A stretch of DNA of 64,000 nt from a virus (IMGVR_UViG_3300029288_000115:1-64000); one strand, 5' to 3'. Positions 49,891-61,287 are shown, counted from the first letter of the stretch. Numbers and translations: made by a program. The notes: generated by a model not told the origin, from the letters alone.

Positions 49891-50469
49891 TCATTTCAAT
49901 TCCTTCCTAATAAACTTTGAAAGCTTACTCAATGCCAATTTTAATCGCCAACGAATCTTCATCTTCGTTAATCCTAAACTGTTCTGAATCTCGTTATACG
50001 AATATCCTCCTAAAAATCTGAGTTGTACTACCCCTTTCTCTTCCTCAGTTAAACCAGAAAGTTTCAAGATATCTTCTAAATCAATATTTGATACGTGCTG
50101 ATCTAAATCCCAACGCGATGTTTTACCCTCCGTCTGAGGCAGTAATTCCTCTTTATATTTATACCTATAAATGCGTCTAACCTCAGCTTTTATATAAGCC
50201 TGTATTCTAGCAGGAATAGTCTCTGGATCGTCTGATGCCCTTACAGTCTTAAAGGCTTTAGACGTAGCAATTATTGCAATATGATACAAATCTTGCATTT
50301 CTTCATATTGTAAAACACTATATTTAAACTTTAACTTATGCGCAACATAAATTAAATACATATCAAACTTGGCTAACAAGGATAAAAATAGCTCGTTGTC
50401 TTTTGTTTTATTATACTCTAAAATCATCTTTAAAGCGTCACGCAAGGAAAAATTAAAAAGATGTCTCAA
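49891..50469 (-). CDS. Sigma70-family (ECF-size) RNA polymerase sigma factor
   Basis: Region 2 QDLYH..; region 4 LTEEEK.V..LRF..GYSYNEI HTH. Confidence 0.75.
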   Translation of the reverse strand: MRHLFNFSLRDALKMILEYNKTKDNELFLSLLAKFDMYLIYVAHKLKFKYSVLQYEEMQDLYHIAIIATSKAFKTVRASDDPETIPARIQAYIKAEVRRIYRYKYKEELLPQTEGKTSRWDLDQHVSNIDLEDILKLSGLTEEEKGVVQLRFLGGYSYNEIQNSLGLTKMKIRWRLKLALSKLSKFIRKELK

Positions 50470-50487
50470 GGACTCTCCAAATTTGAT

Positions 50488-52479
50488 CTACTGCAATTTA
50501 TTAAACAGTTTCTTTAAAATGTCTATCTTATTCCCATGTTTTACACCAATAATTTCTTTACCACCGGCATCCTTAAATACTAACGGATTTACTTTAGATG
50601 AAAGACTATCAGAAGCCGTTAACTTTTTTATAGCACGAATCATGCTTTCAGTATCCATAAAGGCATTACTGTTCTTCAAGCAACTTTCAATAGATCCAGC
50701 TACTGCATCAGCCACATCTTTACTGCCAGCTAAAACAATTTCCTTAATATCACCACTATCTAATATTTCAATATCCACAACCTCTTCAGGATGATCCACA
50801 AAGTTTTTTACTGGATCATACTCTAAATTTTTTATTTCAAAAAATAACATATTATGAACGTGACAAATCCATCTCTTATCATATATAATATCCTTAAAAT
50901 CATTATAGGCATCAGGACTTTTATCAACACTTAAAGACTCAGCCTTTACTCCAGCCTTAATTAAAACTTGAAACATATTCTCAGACATCAAGCGTAAATC
51001 ACAAGTAAAGAAAATATTATAACCAAGCCCTTTTAAATCCAATACCAATTTATTTATCTGATTAAGAGGAATACGATCTCCCTCCTTAGCTACTAAACGC
51101 ATAATAAAATCAGTCTCTATTACAGGTAAACGCTGAATGGCAAAAGTTCCATCTTCTTTCTCTACATTAACATCTTCCCAACCCTTAATTCCAGACATAG
51201 CTAAACCTAAAGCATCCCCCGTAACTGCTATATCACAATGTAAAAATCTGGGTACGCTTTTAGGCATCCGAAACTTCTTAACATCCAAATACATTAATAA
51301 AAATCCAGGGTCTCTTAATCCAATCGAAATAGTTGGAATCGATACGGGGTCTTCTTTCGTCTCATCAAAACATTCCTTAATAAATCTTTCAGATGCTATA
51401 AGCTTTCTTTTCCTTACACCCGCAACTGTCACCCCAGCTAAGTCCCGTAATGCTCCAACAAGATCCCTCTCAAATTCATCTCTAAACTCTGCAGGCACAG
51501 AAATAATTTTAAATCCAGACTTCTGTGCTTCTACAATACTCTCAGAATTTAAAATTTTTGGCATAGTAAAACCATCCCCAACCGCAACCGAAAACGTGAC
51601 TCCAGAATAATATCTTTTTGGCTTTGCCTCCCATAAAGGTATATCGTATACTAACACCTTCCCAGAGGATTGCATCTTCGTAATAAATGTATCCATAAAA
51701 GATAGCTCATCTTGCTTAGAAGCCGCCAAAAACATTCTACCTAAACTATAACCATTTATAACAAATCTTGATTCGAATCTTCTAACTGTAGCTTCGTAAG
51801 CTTTTAAAACTCTAGCCTTCTGTTTAATAGAATCGGTAGGAGAATCTAACTCATCTAATAACGCAGCAATAACATCCTCTCCAATAACACCAAAACCACG
51901 AGCGTAAGGAGAAGCCAACACATAATCAAAAAGAGGCATCCATAATTGCTGGTCAGTTTTGCCTTTCAAATATGCGCCACGGGAATTTAAAAACCAGGGG
52001 GATTTTGTTATCAACGACTGTAGTTTGCTAAATCCTCGAGAGTCTCCTAAAGTCTTCGTTAAATTAAAGAAACAAACCGTCATCTTACCAGAATCTGCCA
52101 AACCAAAATAAGACCAAGGATTTTTTAAGCAACTTATATGGTACTTAATATATGCAATTCCTATATCAGCAACAGTTGTTTTTCCCGTACCTATAGCTCC
52201 AGTCAAAACAACTAAAAATTTATTATCATTTTCAAAAATCTCTTTTAAAGCATGTTTCCAAACATCATATATAGCCTTACCATTCTCAGTAGCCTTTCCT
52301 AAAAAATAATCATCCTTAATAAAAGTTAAAACATCTACAGGTTTTTCTCTATAATCTAAAGAAATCAATTCATCAAGATATGATTTAACAACATTCAAAT
52401 CACGATACTTCCCCTTCTTCGGCTCCTTCTGCATCTGCAAGCTCCTTCTGAATCGCCTTAGTAAGTTGCTCTCTCTCAA
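50488..52479 (-). CDS. Terminase large subunit
   Basis: Walker A GAIGTGKT, Walker B LLDE, nuclease HCD...KDVADA; start codon uncertain. Confidence 0.88.
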   Translation of the reverse strand: MRESNLLRRFRRSLQMQKEPKKGKYRDLNVVKSYLDELISLDYREKPVDVLTFIKDDYFLGKATENGKAIYDVWKHALKEIFENDNKFLVVLTGAIGTGKTTVADIGIAYIKYHISCLKNPWSYFGLADSGKMTVCFFNLTKTLGDSRGFSKLQSLITKSPWFLNSRGAYLKGKTDQQLWMPLFDYVLASPYARGFGVIGEDVIAALLDELDSPTDSIKQKARVLKAYEATVRRFESRFVINGYSLGRMFLAASKQDELSFMDTFITKMQSSGKVLVYDIPLWEAKPKRYYSGVTFSVAVGDGFTMPKILNSESIVEAQKSGFKIISVPAEFRDEFERDLVGALRDLAGVTVAGVRKRKLIASERFIKECFDETKEDPVSIPTISIGLRDPGFLLMYLDVKKFRMPKSVPRFLHCDIAVTGDALGLAMSGIKGWEDVNVEKEDGTFAIQRLPVIETDFIMRLVAKEGDRIPLNQINKLVLDLKGLGYNIFFTCDLRLMSENMFQVLIKAGVKAESLSVDKSPDAYNDFKDIIYDKRWICHVHNMLFFEIKNLEYDPVKNFVDHPEEVVDIEILDSGDIKEIVLAGSKDVADAVAGSIESCLKNSNAFMDTESMIRAIKKLTASDSLSSKVNPLVFKDAGGKEIIGVKHGNKIDILKKLFNKLQ

Positions 52480-53043
52480 TTGGGTCCAATAGCTGAGCCT
52501 GGCTCATTTTGGATTTACTACCGATAACAAGAAAATTCTGTTTCAGCACCGGAGCAGGTTGTGGAGCTTCTTTTTTTGTATACCCCATTTTCTCTGCAAA
52601 ATTAATTAATGCTGTATCTTCCTCTCGTAATTCCCCAATAATATTCTGCTTTAGCTCATATATTTCAGCTTTATCCAAGACATTTGTCGTTGCCTCCTTA
52701 CCACACTTAATACAAATATAACAAATCTTTCTTCGTTTTTGTTTAGCTTCCACAGTTGAGTTACAACATAAGATAATCTTACCTGCTCTCTCTGGTCTAA
52801 AGTGCTTAACATATGCATCAAATGTCTTACTCTAGACTCGTAGCCCATAAGAATACACTGCATCAAATCATTTGCCATTAAAAAGTCTACATCTCTACGC
52901 TCTCTTCCTTTAATCTTTTCAGCCACCCGTCTCACATAGCCAGCGTCTACTCCCAACTCTTCTACCACAGCAAGAATGTTTCCACGGTGTTTAAGATAAG
53001 AAATCTTTATTCTTTCATGTAACTTAAACTTTTCTATATTCAC
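52400..53043 (-). pseudogene. Probable terminase small subunit split by a -1 frameshift (about 214 aa if joined)
   Basis: HTH-like N-terminal ORF; the -1 frame continues as CCNSTV...YICIKCGK zinc ribbon; directly upstream of TerL. Confidence 0.5.
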
Positions 53044-53435
53044 GTAGCTCTCCTACCAAATCTTTTCAAAATTCTTCCCGTCTTCAAAAACTTCATCAAC
53101 AAAGGCAATAAAGATTTTCTAGCCTTCCCCTCATCCTTCTCACCTTGATAGTAAAGCTCAAACCCTAAACGTATAGGACAATCTCTCCAATAACATTTAC
53201 AATAATTCTTTTTCTGTTTCTTCATTATGGCTCCCCTCTACTTTTCCTCGTCTGCTCAAGATAATCAATAATTAAATTAACTGCTTTAACAAGATCAATA
53301 ATATCAAGTTCTGCCTTCTTCAAGGTATAATTAGCAATAGGCGCATTCTCCTCCGAAAACCGTGAAGGCAACTTGGGGTTGGCCTGTCGCCTCCGTAGTG
53401 GCTGCACAAATATATCTACAATTTTCTTACGCAAC

Positions 53436-53816
53436 TTAGTCGTTGATAGCATCTTCAATCACCTGAAACCCTATAACTTCATCATCAGTTGCCGAATGCG
53501 CTAAAACTACGTGCTTCTGATACAGTAACTCAATCTTTTGATTAGCACGACAGGTTTCCAATAGTCTTTCTTTTAACTCAGCGCTAGTATTTAAAATAGC
53601 ATATTGTTCTGGTTCGCTTTGCATAGACGAATATGTTCCAGTTTCAACTCTAAACCACACAGTATCCCAACCAAAGACAACCGAGGTGTCCTCCACGGTT
53701 GTTACATAGCCAACAGTACTACCCTGTCCGTGTGTCCAACAACCCGACAACAAAGGTAATATTAATAAAATAAGTAAAAACTTCTTCATATTAATCCTCC
53801 TTCCAAATCTTTCCAT
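53436..53816 (-). CDS. Putative lipoprotein
   Basis: MKKFLLILLILPLLSGC lipobox (likely start at the second Met). Confidence 0.65.
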   Translation of the reverse strand: MERFGRRINMKKFLLILLILPLLSGCWTHGQGSTVGYVTTVEDTSVVFGWDTVWFRVETGTYSSMQSEPEQYAILNTSAELKERLLETCRANQKIELLYQKHVVLAHSATDDEVIGFQVIEDAIND

Positions 53817-54369
53817 TCCATAGTTTATTATAATTCTTATGCATTACAAACATAAGCCAAAGTTTTTCCATTGATAATGGCCCTAAACTTTCAATCATTA
53901 TTCCAACCAATTTTTCCTCAATTCCATCCCAATAATTATACTCAGAACACCAATCAGAGAAATCTTGAACTAACTGACTTAGAAAGGAATAACTTATCAT
54001 TTCTTGCAATTGATCTTGACGAGGGAGCCAAAAAATTTCACTATATATTAAATCACCACAATTAAGCTTATAATTTATTATGCCATCATTATCTGTAATT
54101 CCAATATAATCTTCACCAGACTGACAATTCATAGTCTCCCGCCAACTGTACCCCCGCTTCTTAAATTCATCTTCAAACTGCTTATAAAAAGAACTATTTA
54201 AACAATGATGATACTTTCCAACATAAAAGTCCCCAGCCTCCGAAGCTTTCCAGCTATCTTCACCCTTGAAAATAATCCATGTATCCTGAATTTCTTTAGC
54301 CGCCTTACATAATAAAATATAGTTTTTAGAAATATCCATATCTCTAATCCAAAAGATTAACCAACCCAA
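53791..54369 (-). CDS. Conserved phage hypothetical protein
   Basis: WLPRQDQLQEM...SMEKLWL.FVM motif. Confidence 0.5.
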   Translation of the reverse strand: MGWLIFWIRDMDISKNYILLCKAAKEIQDTWIIFKGEDSWKASEAGDFYVGKYHHCLNSSFYKQFEDEFKKRGYSWRETMNCQSGEDYIGITDNDGIINYKLNCGDLIYSEIFWLPRQDQLQEMISYSFLSQLVQDFSDWCSEYNYWDGIEEKLVGIMIESLGPLSMEKLWLMFVMHKNYNKLWNGKIWKED

Positions 54370-54586
54370 AAACTAAAATACCTGAAGCTATAATTCCTAT
54401 TCCAATTAACCAACAAAACTTAGAAAGAACTAATAATACAAAGTCGTGTACAAGAATTCCATCTGATGCGGACATTGATTTAATAAACCAAATAATTAAA
54501 ATAATATTAGAAGCCACCCCAATCCAAACCATTAAAAAGCCAATAATCTTCTTAAATATCTTTCCCCTTATCATAATTGTATCCCC

Positions 54587-55165
54587 CTACTTATCTATTG
54601 CTAATCCTAAAAGCTTTCTACGATAATACTCTGCAATTAATAAAGCGTCGCTTCTACCTTCTATCATAACCGTCTTTCCTTCACGATTTGTTCTAGATAA
54701 CTCTACTCCAGGAAATAATCTTAAAGCGGTCTGGTATGCCAAAAGCTTACTCTCCCCAACCTTTCCTTTAAAAAACTCTCTTTGCCACGTTCGGGGTGCA
54801 ACTACATCATAAGGACATTCCAACATTTCAACCATTCCAATAATCAACATATATCCAGCTCCTAAAGACCAAGAAGCAATAGACGAACCCCCTAAAATTT
54901 TAGGCATTGGAAATGTCTCTTCAATGACAATAGTAATCTTCTTAGCCTCGGTCACAAAAGAGCCTGTACCTGTTTGCATTGTAACTGGACTAGACAACTT
55001 AGAAATTAAATCCTTTAAAATTTTGACTAAATGCTTAAAATCATACTTTATTTTTCCAAAAGCTGTTATTATTGGCATATTTATTAAATCTACAACCGAA
55101 CCCTCCTTATCAATAGTGGCCATTGCGCCCCTTAATCCTGTATCAACTCCAATTATATAAGACAT
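54587..55165 (-). CDS. RuvC-like Holliday junction resolvase
   Basis: IIGVDTG..GA...VIEE...P..WQ...GRSDALLIA. Confidence 0.8.
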   Translation of the reverse strand: MSYIIGVDTGLRGAMATIDKEGSVVDLINMPIITAFGKIKYDFKHLVKILKDLISKLSSPVTMQTGTGSFVTEAKKITIVIEETFPMPKILGGSSIASWSLGAGYMLIIGMVEMLECPYDVVAPRTWQREFFKGKVGESKLLAYQTALRLFPGVELSRTNREGKTVMIEGRSDALLIAEYYRRKLLGLAIDK

Positions 55166-55660
55166 TTACTCCTCCAAAATTCCTTTTACATCCTTCTCTC
55201 CCATATATGCTACATCATAATATAAACCAAAAGTGTTTCTTAAAGAAACCTTCCAAGGTACGTCTTTATCATAACAAACCCTATCTCCAACCTTCAATTC
55301 CATAGAAATAAATCGACGTTTACTTTGATCATAATACCCACGACCGGCGGCCAAAATCGTTCCAAACCCAAAAGTTTCTTCTCTAAAGGCTTCTGGAATA
55401 AATATTCCACCAGAGGATTTTTCTGGAACCGGATCAGGCCAAATAAAAACACGATCTAATGTGGGTTTATATGGAAAATACATACCTCCACATAAGTCAC
55501 AATAAAAAGGAATTTTAAACGTTGATACCAAAAGACTCTCCTTATTATCTATAGGACGATACACAATATCAGGACTAATGGTTTCAGCATTCTCTACACT
55601 CTTATTAACCGGCTTCTTGCATCTTGGGCATAAATCCACAATAGGATTTTCCATAATCAT
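55166..55660 (-). CDS. groES: GroES/Cpn10 co-chaperonin with N-terminal zinc-ribbon-like extension
   Basis: PTLDRV...EKSSGGIFIP...G.ILAAG.G...LKVGDRV...EKDV; CPRC...CDLC in the extension. Confidence 0.8.
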   Translation of the reverse strand: MIMENPIVDLCPRCKKPVNKSVENAETISPDIVYRPIDNKESLLVSTFKIPFYCDLCGGMYFPYKPTLDRVFIWPDPVPEKSSGGIFIPEAFREETFGFGTILAAGRGYYDQSKRRFISMELKVGDRVCYDKDVPWKVSLRNTFGLYYDVAYMGEKDVKGILEE

Positions 55661-56599
55661 TTCTCCATATTCTTATCTTCTAAACTCTCACGACAAAAGG
55701 TTGCAATAAATACGTCATTAGGAAATCGACCTTTTAATACCTGTACTATTTCATTAAAGGCTACCGAAACTAACTCTAAGGCTTTTTCCCTTCCGTGTCC
55801 CTTTCCTTTGGGAAATAGTCGATTTAAGTGACTACCCAATATCTGCATTAAAGAACTCTTAAGCTCAGTCCCAACACCCAAAGGTATAGGACTTGCCAAA
55901 AATAAATATTCAACTTCAAATATCGGTTGATTTTCAACATCTACTCTAGCCCTTCCAAAAAAAGATAATTTAAAAAGATCATCAAAGTTTTCTCCTTCAC
56001 AATCCTTGAGTATCTCCTTAACATTCTTATCAACCACCCTAAGAGTCACAGTTAAATCATCATTAACTTTAGCAAAACCGATCAGGGCCTTGGGAAGTCC
56101 AGACTCTCCTAAAGTCGCTTGATCATATACTGGAAGTAATTTTCCTTTCAACTGATCCATAACATTCTTTACCCTTAAAATATGATTCGTGCTTTTCAAA
56201 ACCTTTGGATCCAAAAAAGGATATTTTGACTTAACCTCCAATCCTTTAGCCTGTTCAAAGAGTTCCTTTGTCACTTCCATCATCTACCTCCTTTTCTTTT
56301 TTATATCTTCAAAATCTCGATTAATAAACTGAGTAACCACCTTCTTTATTTGCTTTTTAATAAACTTTAATTCCGTGAGATTTCGAGCAAAGTAAGAACA
56401 AGTTGTTTGCTTATCACTATATAAATAACAACTCCAACTTAAACCATACAAATTACCATTAATATAACTATAAGGTAAACCTAAAGACTCCAAATCTGCG
56501 TCACAATACTTTTCACAAGGTTCTTCCGCCCGTAAAGTTATTGCATGCAAAACAGCATTATCAGAGGCCGTAAATACTTCAATCTCATAAACAACACCT

Positions 56600-59500
56600 T
56601 TAAAAATTGTTGATATTACAAACTTCTTTTTCTGTATTGGATTTTTCATTAACCTCTCCAGTATCTAAATAACTAATTCCGTTTTCCTTTCTAACCTTCC
56701 AAATACTATTACAATAGCTTTCCAAATCCTTAAAATGAGAAATCACCAAAACCGCTTTAGTCATTCCCTCTTCATATAAAACGTTTCCAATCGACTCTTC
56801 ACCGGCCTTATCTAAAAATGCAAATAACTCATCAAAAATTACCATACCTAAAAGTCCATTAGCAATATCATTTCTCTTTGCAATCCATGTATTCAAAGAC
56901 AGACATACAGCAAAATCAACCCGCCGCTTCTCGCCACCAGACAGACTCTCATACCCAACCACATCACTTCCTATATAAATATCCATGCCTATTTTATTCC
57001 TTTCATCCCCGGACTTCAATTGCATAGTTGGACGTATAACAATATTCATTAAACCATTAGATACTGAAGCTAAGTATGGATTTACTATCTGATTAAACTC
57101 ATTACAAAATCCATCCAATAATAAAGCACGAATACCTTTAGACGAAAAAGCAAACTTCCAAAAGTCCAACATTTTAATCTCTTCATTAATCTTAGTCGTC
57201 TTCTTTGGGAGTTCACCCAACTCCAAATTCTTTTGCTCTAACTCTTCGTCTATTGCGTCCTTTCTTTTCCTATACTCGTTTAATTGTTCTAAAGTATTAT
57301 CTAGACTCAACTTATGATAGCGTAAGGATACCTGATAAGCTGAAATTCTTTCTAACAATTGAGTCTTTTTTATTGAGACTTCTTGGAGTTTTTCCTTTTC
57401 TTTTTCTTTTTCTTCGCAAAGAGCAACTTGGTGTTGTTTTACTTCCAAAACTTTTCTATTAAGTTCCTCCTCCATCGTCCTTATATCTTGCAGAGTCTTA
57501 CCATTTTTCTCAGATGCTAAATGCGTTGATTCTAATAATAAAATTACCTTTTTAATCTTTTCCTCTATCCTCCCAATCTGTTCATAATAGTCTTCAACAA
57601 AACTACTCACGTTAGATTTTTCAATCTTTGCGCCACATTTATCACATATAGCACCAATTTCCAGCTTTTCCGCGGAGCTTATTAGAGCCCTAACCCTATC
57701 AATTTCTTGCTCAGCATACTTAATATCGAACTCATATCCAGTAGCATCTTTAATTATCTTATTTTTTTCTGTTTGGCAATCTTCAAGCCTCTTTCGGTAC
57801 TTCTTCAAACTCTGAGTTAAAGACTCCTCAGCATCTTTCATGCTCTTCAAATCGGCATCAATCTCACTAAAATCTTGGGCTGTGGTAGAAGGTAATAAAA
57901 GTATTTGTTCATTATAATTCTTTAAACCAATCTCTAACTCGTATATGGTATCCTTAATTCTTTTAATCTGCTCATTACAAATATTAAGATTCTGCTCCTG
58001 GTCTTTTACCCTGCATAACACCCCTTGAATATCCATTAATAAAAGCTTTTCCACCTGTTGCAGCTCATCTAAATTAATATTCAAACCTTTTATTCGGTCA
58101 AAAATGCTTTCATATAACTCATCATAAATTTCAAATCCCAAAAGACGCGTTATCATTGCGGTGCGATCAGCGTCACCCATAGCTGTAAGCATCTTCAATG
58201 CTTCCTGACTAAAATAACAAGATGATAAAAACACATCTCTATCAAAGCCAAGGATTTGTTGTTCCAAGGCCGTCTGCTTATCCACCTCTCTCATACCTTC
58301 AAATAAATCTACAGGGTTCTCATCTTCAGATAAATTATACCTAATAACCTCCAAGCCCGTAACCCTTGAACGTGTAATCTTATAAGCACACGAAGATTCT
58401 GTATCATTAACTAACGTTATAGATACCTGACAATCTTTTTCTCCGCGTCTAATTACGTCCTTACCTGTGAGACCAGTCGTTGTGGAACCAAATAAACACC
58501 AATAAATAGCCTCCCCAAATAGAGAAGACTTACCTGAACCATTAGAATTAAACTCTCCAAGGCTATTTCCCTCAATTAAAACAAAACCGTTTGTTAACTC
58601 ATAAGAGGCCTCGCCAACAGATTTAAAATTTTTAACGTGTACAAACTTTAACTTTCCTTTAAATATTGTTTGAAAAGATATAACCTTCTCTGTTATCAAA
58701 TCTTTAATAGATTCCAAATATGTTTGATCGACACCCTTCAAACTCATCCATTGCAATAATATCTCACTAAAACTTTGAGCCTTAATCCTTTCCTCAAAGA
58801 ACTCAGGTACTATACTACTAATCACATTATCCATCTCCACTCTTTTATTCACACCTAAAATACGATAATAATTCTTTGTATCGACCTTTATGGCCAACCA
58901 GTCAATATCGTCTTTACCCTCCTCATTAATCGTTTTAAACTCCGGATAATCCAATTTTATAAATTGAGGAATACCGCCATCATAAATATAAACTCCTCTA
59001 TCACCCTCATCACCAAAAGTTAAATGCATCGGCGACCCTACCACTATACAATTTGGTGCTAGTTCTTGTCGCTGATGGATATGCCCAAACCACACCGACT
59101 TATTCTTCTCAATTAATCTACGCCAATATACGCCTTCAGAAAACTCATGTTGCCCAACTCTAGCACCAATAGGAGTCTTATGCAAAACTAAGATATCAAA
59201 GCCAACAAGCTCTTCATAATTTACTGGCTCGTTATAGCTAATTAATCTTACTTTATCATTAAAAATATTAGAGTCTTTTTTAAATATCCAACCAGCGTCC
59301 TGAAACCATTTCGGATTCACTCTGTCAATTAAATCATGGTTTCCAGAACAAATATTATATTGAACATTAATACTATGTAATCTCCAAAAAAACTGATAGG
59401 CTATATTTAAACATTCCACAGGCACAGTACCAACAGGATGAAATAAATCTGCCAAAAATAAAACTCTAGTCACTTGATGATCTTTACAAAGCTGAATAAT

Positions 59501-59623
59501 CTGGTCTAAAACGGACAACTGTTCTTTAAGCCGACGAGACATCCCGGTTGCCGTATCTAAACCAAAAGACTTCCACGTGTTTAAATGTAAATCAGAAAAT
59601 AATAAATATTTATCTTTTAACAT
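56600..59623 (-). CDS. Fused SbcD(Mre11/gp47)-SbcC(Rad50/gp46) nuclease-ATPase
   Basis: SDLH, DLFH, GNHD, GHIH; then NGSGKSS, CDKC hook, LSGGE, IFDE, ISH in a single ORF. Confidence 0.88.
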   Translation of the reverse strand: MLKDKYLLFSDLHLNTWKSFGLDTATGMSRRLKEQLSVLDQIIQLCKDHQVTRVLFLADLFHPVGTVPVECLNIAYQFFWRLHSINVQYNICSGNHDLIDRVNPKWFQDAGWIFKKDSNIFNDKVRLISYNEPVNYEELVGFDILVLHKTPIGARVGQHEFSEGVYWRRLIEKNKSVWFGHIHQRQELAPNCIVVGSPMHLTFGDEGDRGVYIYDGGIPQFIKLDYPEFKTINEEGKDDIDWLAIKVDTKNYYRILGVNKRVEMDNVISSIVPEFFEERIKAQSFSEILLQWMSLKGVDQTYLESIKDLITEKVISFQTIFKGKLKFVHVKNFKSVGEASYELTNGFVLIEGNSLGEFNSNGSGKSSLFGEAIYWCLFGSTTTGLTGKDVIRRGEKDCQVSITLVNDTESSCAYKITRSRVTGLEVIRYNLSEDENPVDLFEGMREVDKQTALEQQILGFDRDVFLSSCYFSQEALKMLTAMGDADRTAMITRLLGFEIYDELYESIFDRIKGLNINLDELQQVEKLLLMDIQGVLCRVKDQEQNLNICNEQIKRIKDTIYELEIGLKNYNEQILLLPSTTAQDFSEIDADLKSMKDAEESLTQSLKKYRKRLEDCQTEKNKIIKDATGYEFDIKYAEQEIDRVRALISSAEKLEIGAICDKCGAKIEKSNVSSFVEDYYEQIGRIEEKIKKVILLLESTHLASEKNGKTLQDIRTMEEELNRKVLEVKQHQVALCEEKEKEKEKLQEVSIKKTQLLERISAYQVSLRYHKLSLDNTLEQLNEYRKRKDAIDEELEQKNLELGELPKKTTKINEEIKMLDFWKFAFSSKGIRALLLDGFCNEFNQIVNPYLASVSNGLMNIVIRPTMQLKSGDERNKIGMDIYIGSDVVGYESLSGGEKRRVDFAVCLSLNTWIAKRNDIANGLLGMVIFDELFAFLDKAGEESIGNVLYEEGMTKAVLVISHFKDLESYCNSIWKVRKENGISYLDTGEVNEKSNTEKEVCNINNF

Positions 59624-60133
59624 CCAGACCTCTTATTCTCTACCTCAGACTTCTCATATAAAAAATAATCTAAATTCAAACCACTATTTGTCCCAGAAGA
59701 ATAGATCTCCAAAATCTTTACAACAGGCTCTGGATAGGCTAAATTCAAAATAAAAGCCTTAACCTCATAAATATTCTCTGACTCAGAAAGAATATTAATA
59801 ATCCGTAGCTTTTTCTTTACATACTTCAAAGCCCTTTTTCCATGAACTAAAACATCAAAAGAGTCAACAGGCTTGCCTTCTAAATCAGAAACAATTTCAG
59901 AAGTGTTCTCAGTAATATAAGCCAAAGCTAAATAAATAGAATCATTAAATTCTTCAAAAAGCCTTTTTATTGTTCCATCCTTAAATCCTTCCCAAGTCCC
60001 AGGAACGCTTACAACATATCTATTTCCAAAATGAGCAATCCAATCCCTCTCAAATAACTCTTGAACCCAACCTGGGATAGTAGGCTTTTCTTGGGCTTTT
60101 ACTACAATCTCTACTCTTAGTTCTCCATCCATA

Positions 60134-61273
60134 TCAATCCTTTCTCACCAAAGTTTTTCTACCAAAATATCCACCCTCCAAATGCATCTGCATTGGCTTA
60201 TAACCACGACCCACCTTTGCACAAGGCCTCCAACCCTCCTCAGCCTTTATTGAAACTATATCTGCAGTAAAATCAAAATTTCCATTAAACATTGAAGAAC
60301 CAACCCCATAAGCATCAACAGGTGCTCCAGCCTTTTCGAACTCTGTAATTTTCTCTGGAGAAAAACCCCCACTAACAATAATTTTTATATTATTAAACCC
60401 AGCCTCATCTAAAGCCCTTCTAACCTTTTTAACCAGCTGAACATTTACTCCACAAGGATTTTTTACGTCCGTACCCAGCTCTATAGATTTATCAACCATA
60501 TTACCAGAAGTGTCTAATCGAACACCCCGTAACTTATACCTATTATTACCATTCGTCTCTTTATACTTTTCCCACATGGCCCAAGCAACCTTCAAGGATG
60601 TCTTAACACAATCATTATCAAAATCAACTAAGGCCACCCTATCTATAGTGGGGTCAATATACTCTGCAAATTTTAGGGTTGCTTTAACAGTATCACCACC
60701 ATAAGCCGCAATTAATCCGTGAGGGATCGTACCAACCCCTTTCTCACCAAAAGTCGACGCTTGGGCATCAGTTGATACACCCCCACCTGTTCCCATTACG
60801 ACCTTTCTTGCAACGTTGTAAGCGTAACCGTCTGCTACCTGATTCTCATAGCGATCGAACCGAGCGGGAAAAAATAATATAGGTTTCATCTCGCTCATAT
60901 TATCCACGAGTGTTGCCATAAAACAACGATAAACATTTGTTGCTACCCTTGTCCCTCGAGCCAAGATGCCCAAATACTTGGTTTCTAAATGTGCAAAGGT
61001 CGAATAATCTCCTTCAATCAGCATTACAGTCTCAAAGGCCTCAACAATAGTTCCCTCTAAAAGGCTCTCTACTCTTAATGGGGGTTGTACATCAGATAGG
61101 AGATTGATTACCTCATTAATTCCACACAGGCACGCCTTATCATTTCGTTGAAAAATCTGCATTCTAACAATAGGACAGGATAAATCCTTTTCCAAGATTT
61201 CTTTTGTCCTATTGAAATACTGATCAGAATACCAATCCGGTCTTAAATTAAGCGCTAGATCCTTACCCACCAT
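60134..61273 (-). CDS. pncB: Nicotinate phosphoribosyltransferase (type II PRTase)
   Basis: SDQYF, GTIPH, GVRLDTSG, VSGG, YGVGS; adjacent to a nicotinamidase. Confidence 0.8.
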   Translation of the reverse strand: MVGKDLALNLRPDWYSDQYFNRTKEILEKDLSCPIVRMQIFQRNDKACLCGINEVINLLSDVQPPLRVESLLEGTIVEAFETVMLIEGDYSTFAHLETKYLGILARGTRVATNVYRCFMATLVDNMSEMKPILFFPARFDRYENQVADGYAYNVARKVVMGTGGGVSTDAQASTFGEKGVGTIPHGLIAAYGGDTVKATLKFAEYIDPTIDRVALVDFDNDCVKTSLKVAWAMWEKYKETNGNNRYKLRGVRLDTSGNMVDKSIELGTDVKNPCGVNVQLVKKVRRALDEAGFNNIKIIVSGGFSPEKITEFEKAGAPVDAYGVGSSMFNGNFDFTADIVSIKAEEGWRPCAKVGRGYKPMQMHLEGGYFGRKTLVRKD

Positions 61274-61287
61274 AGATTACTCCGTCC

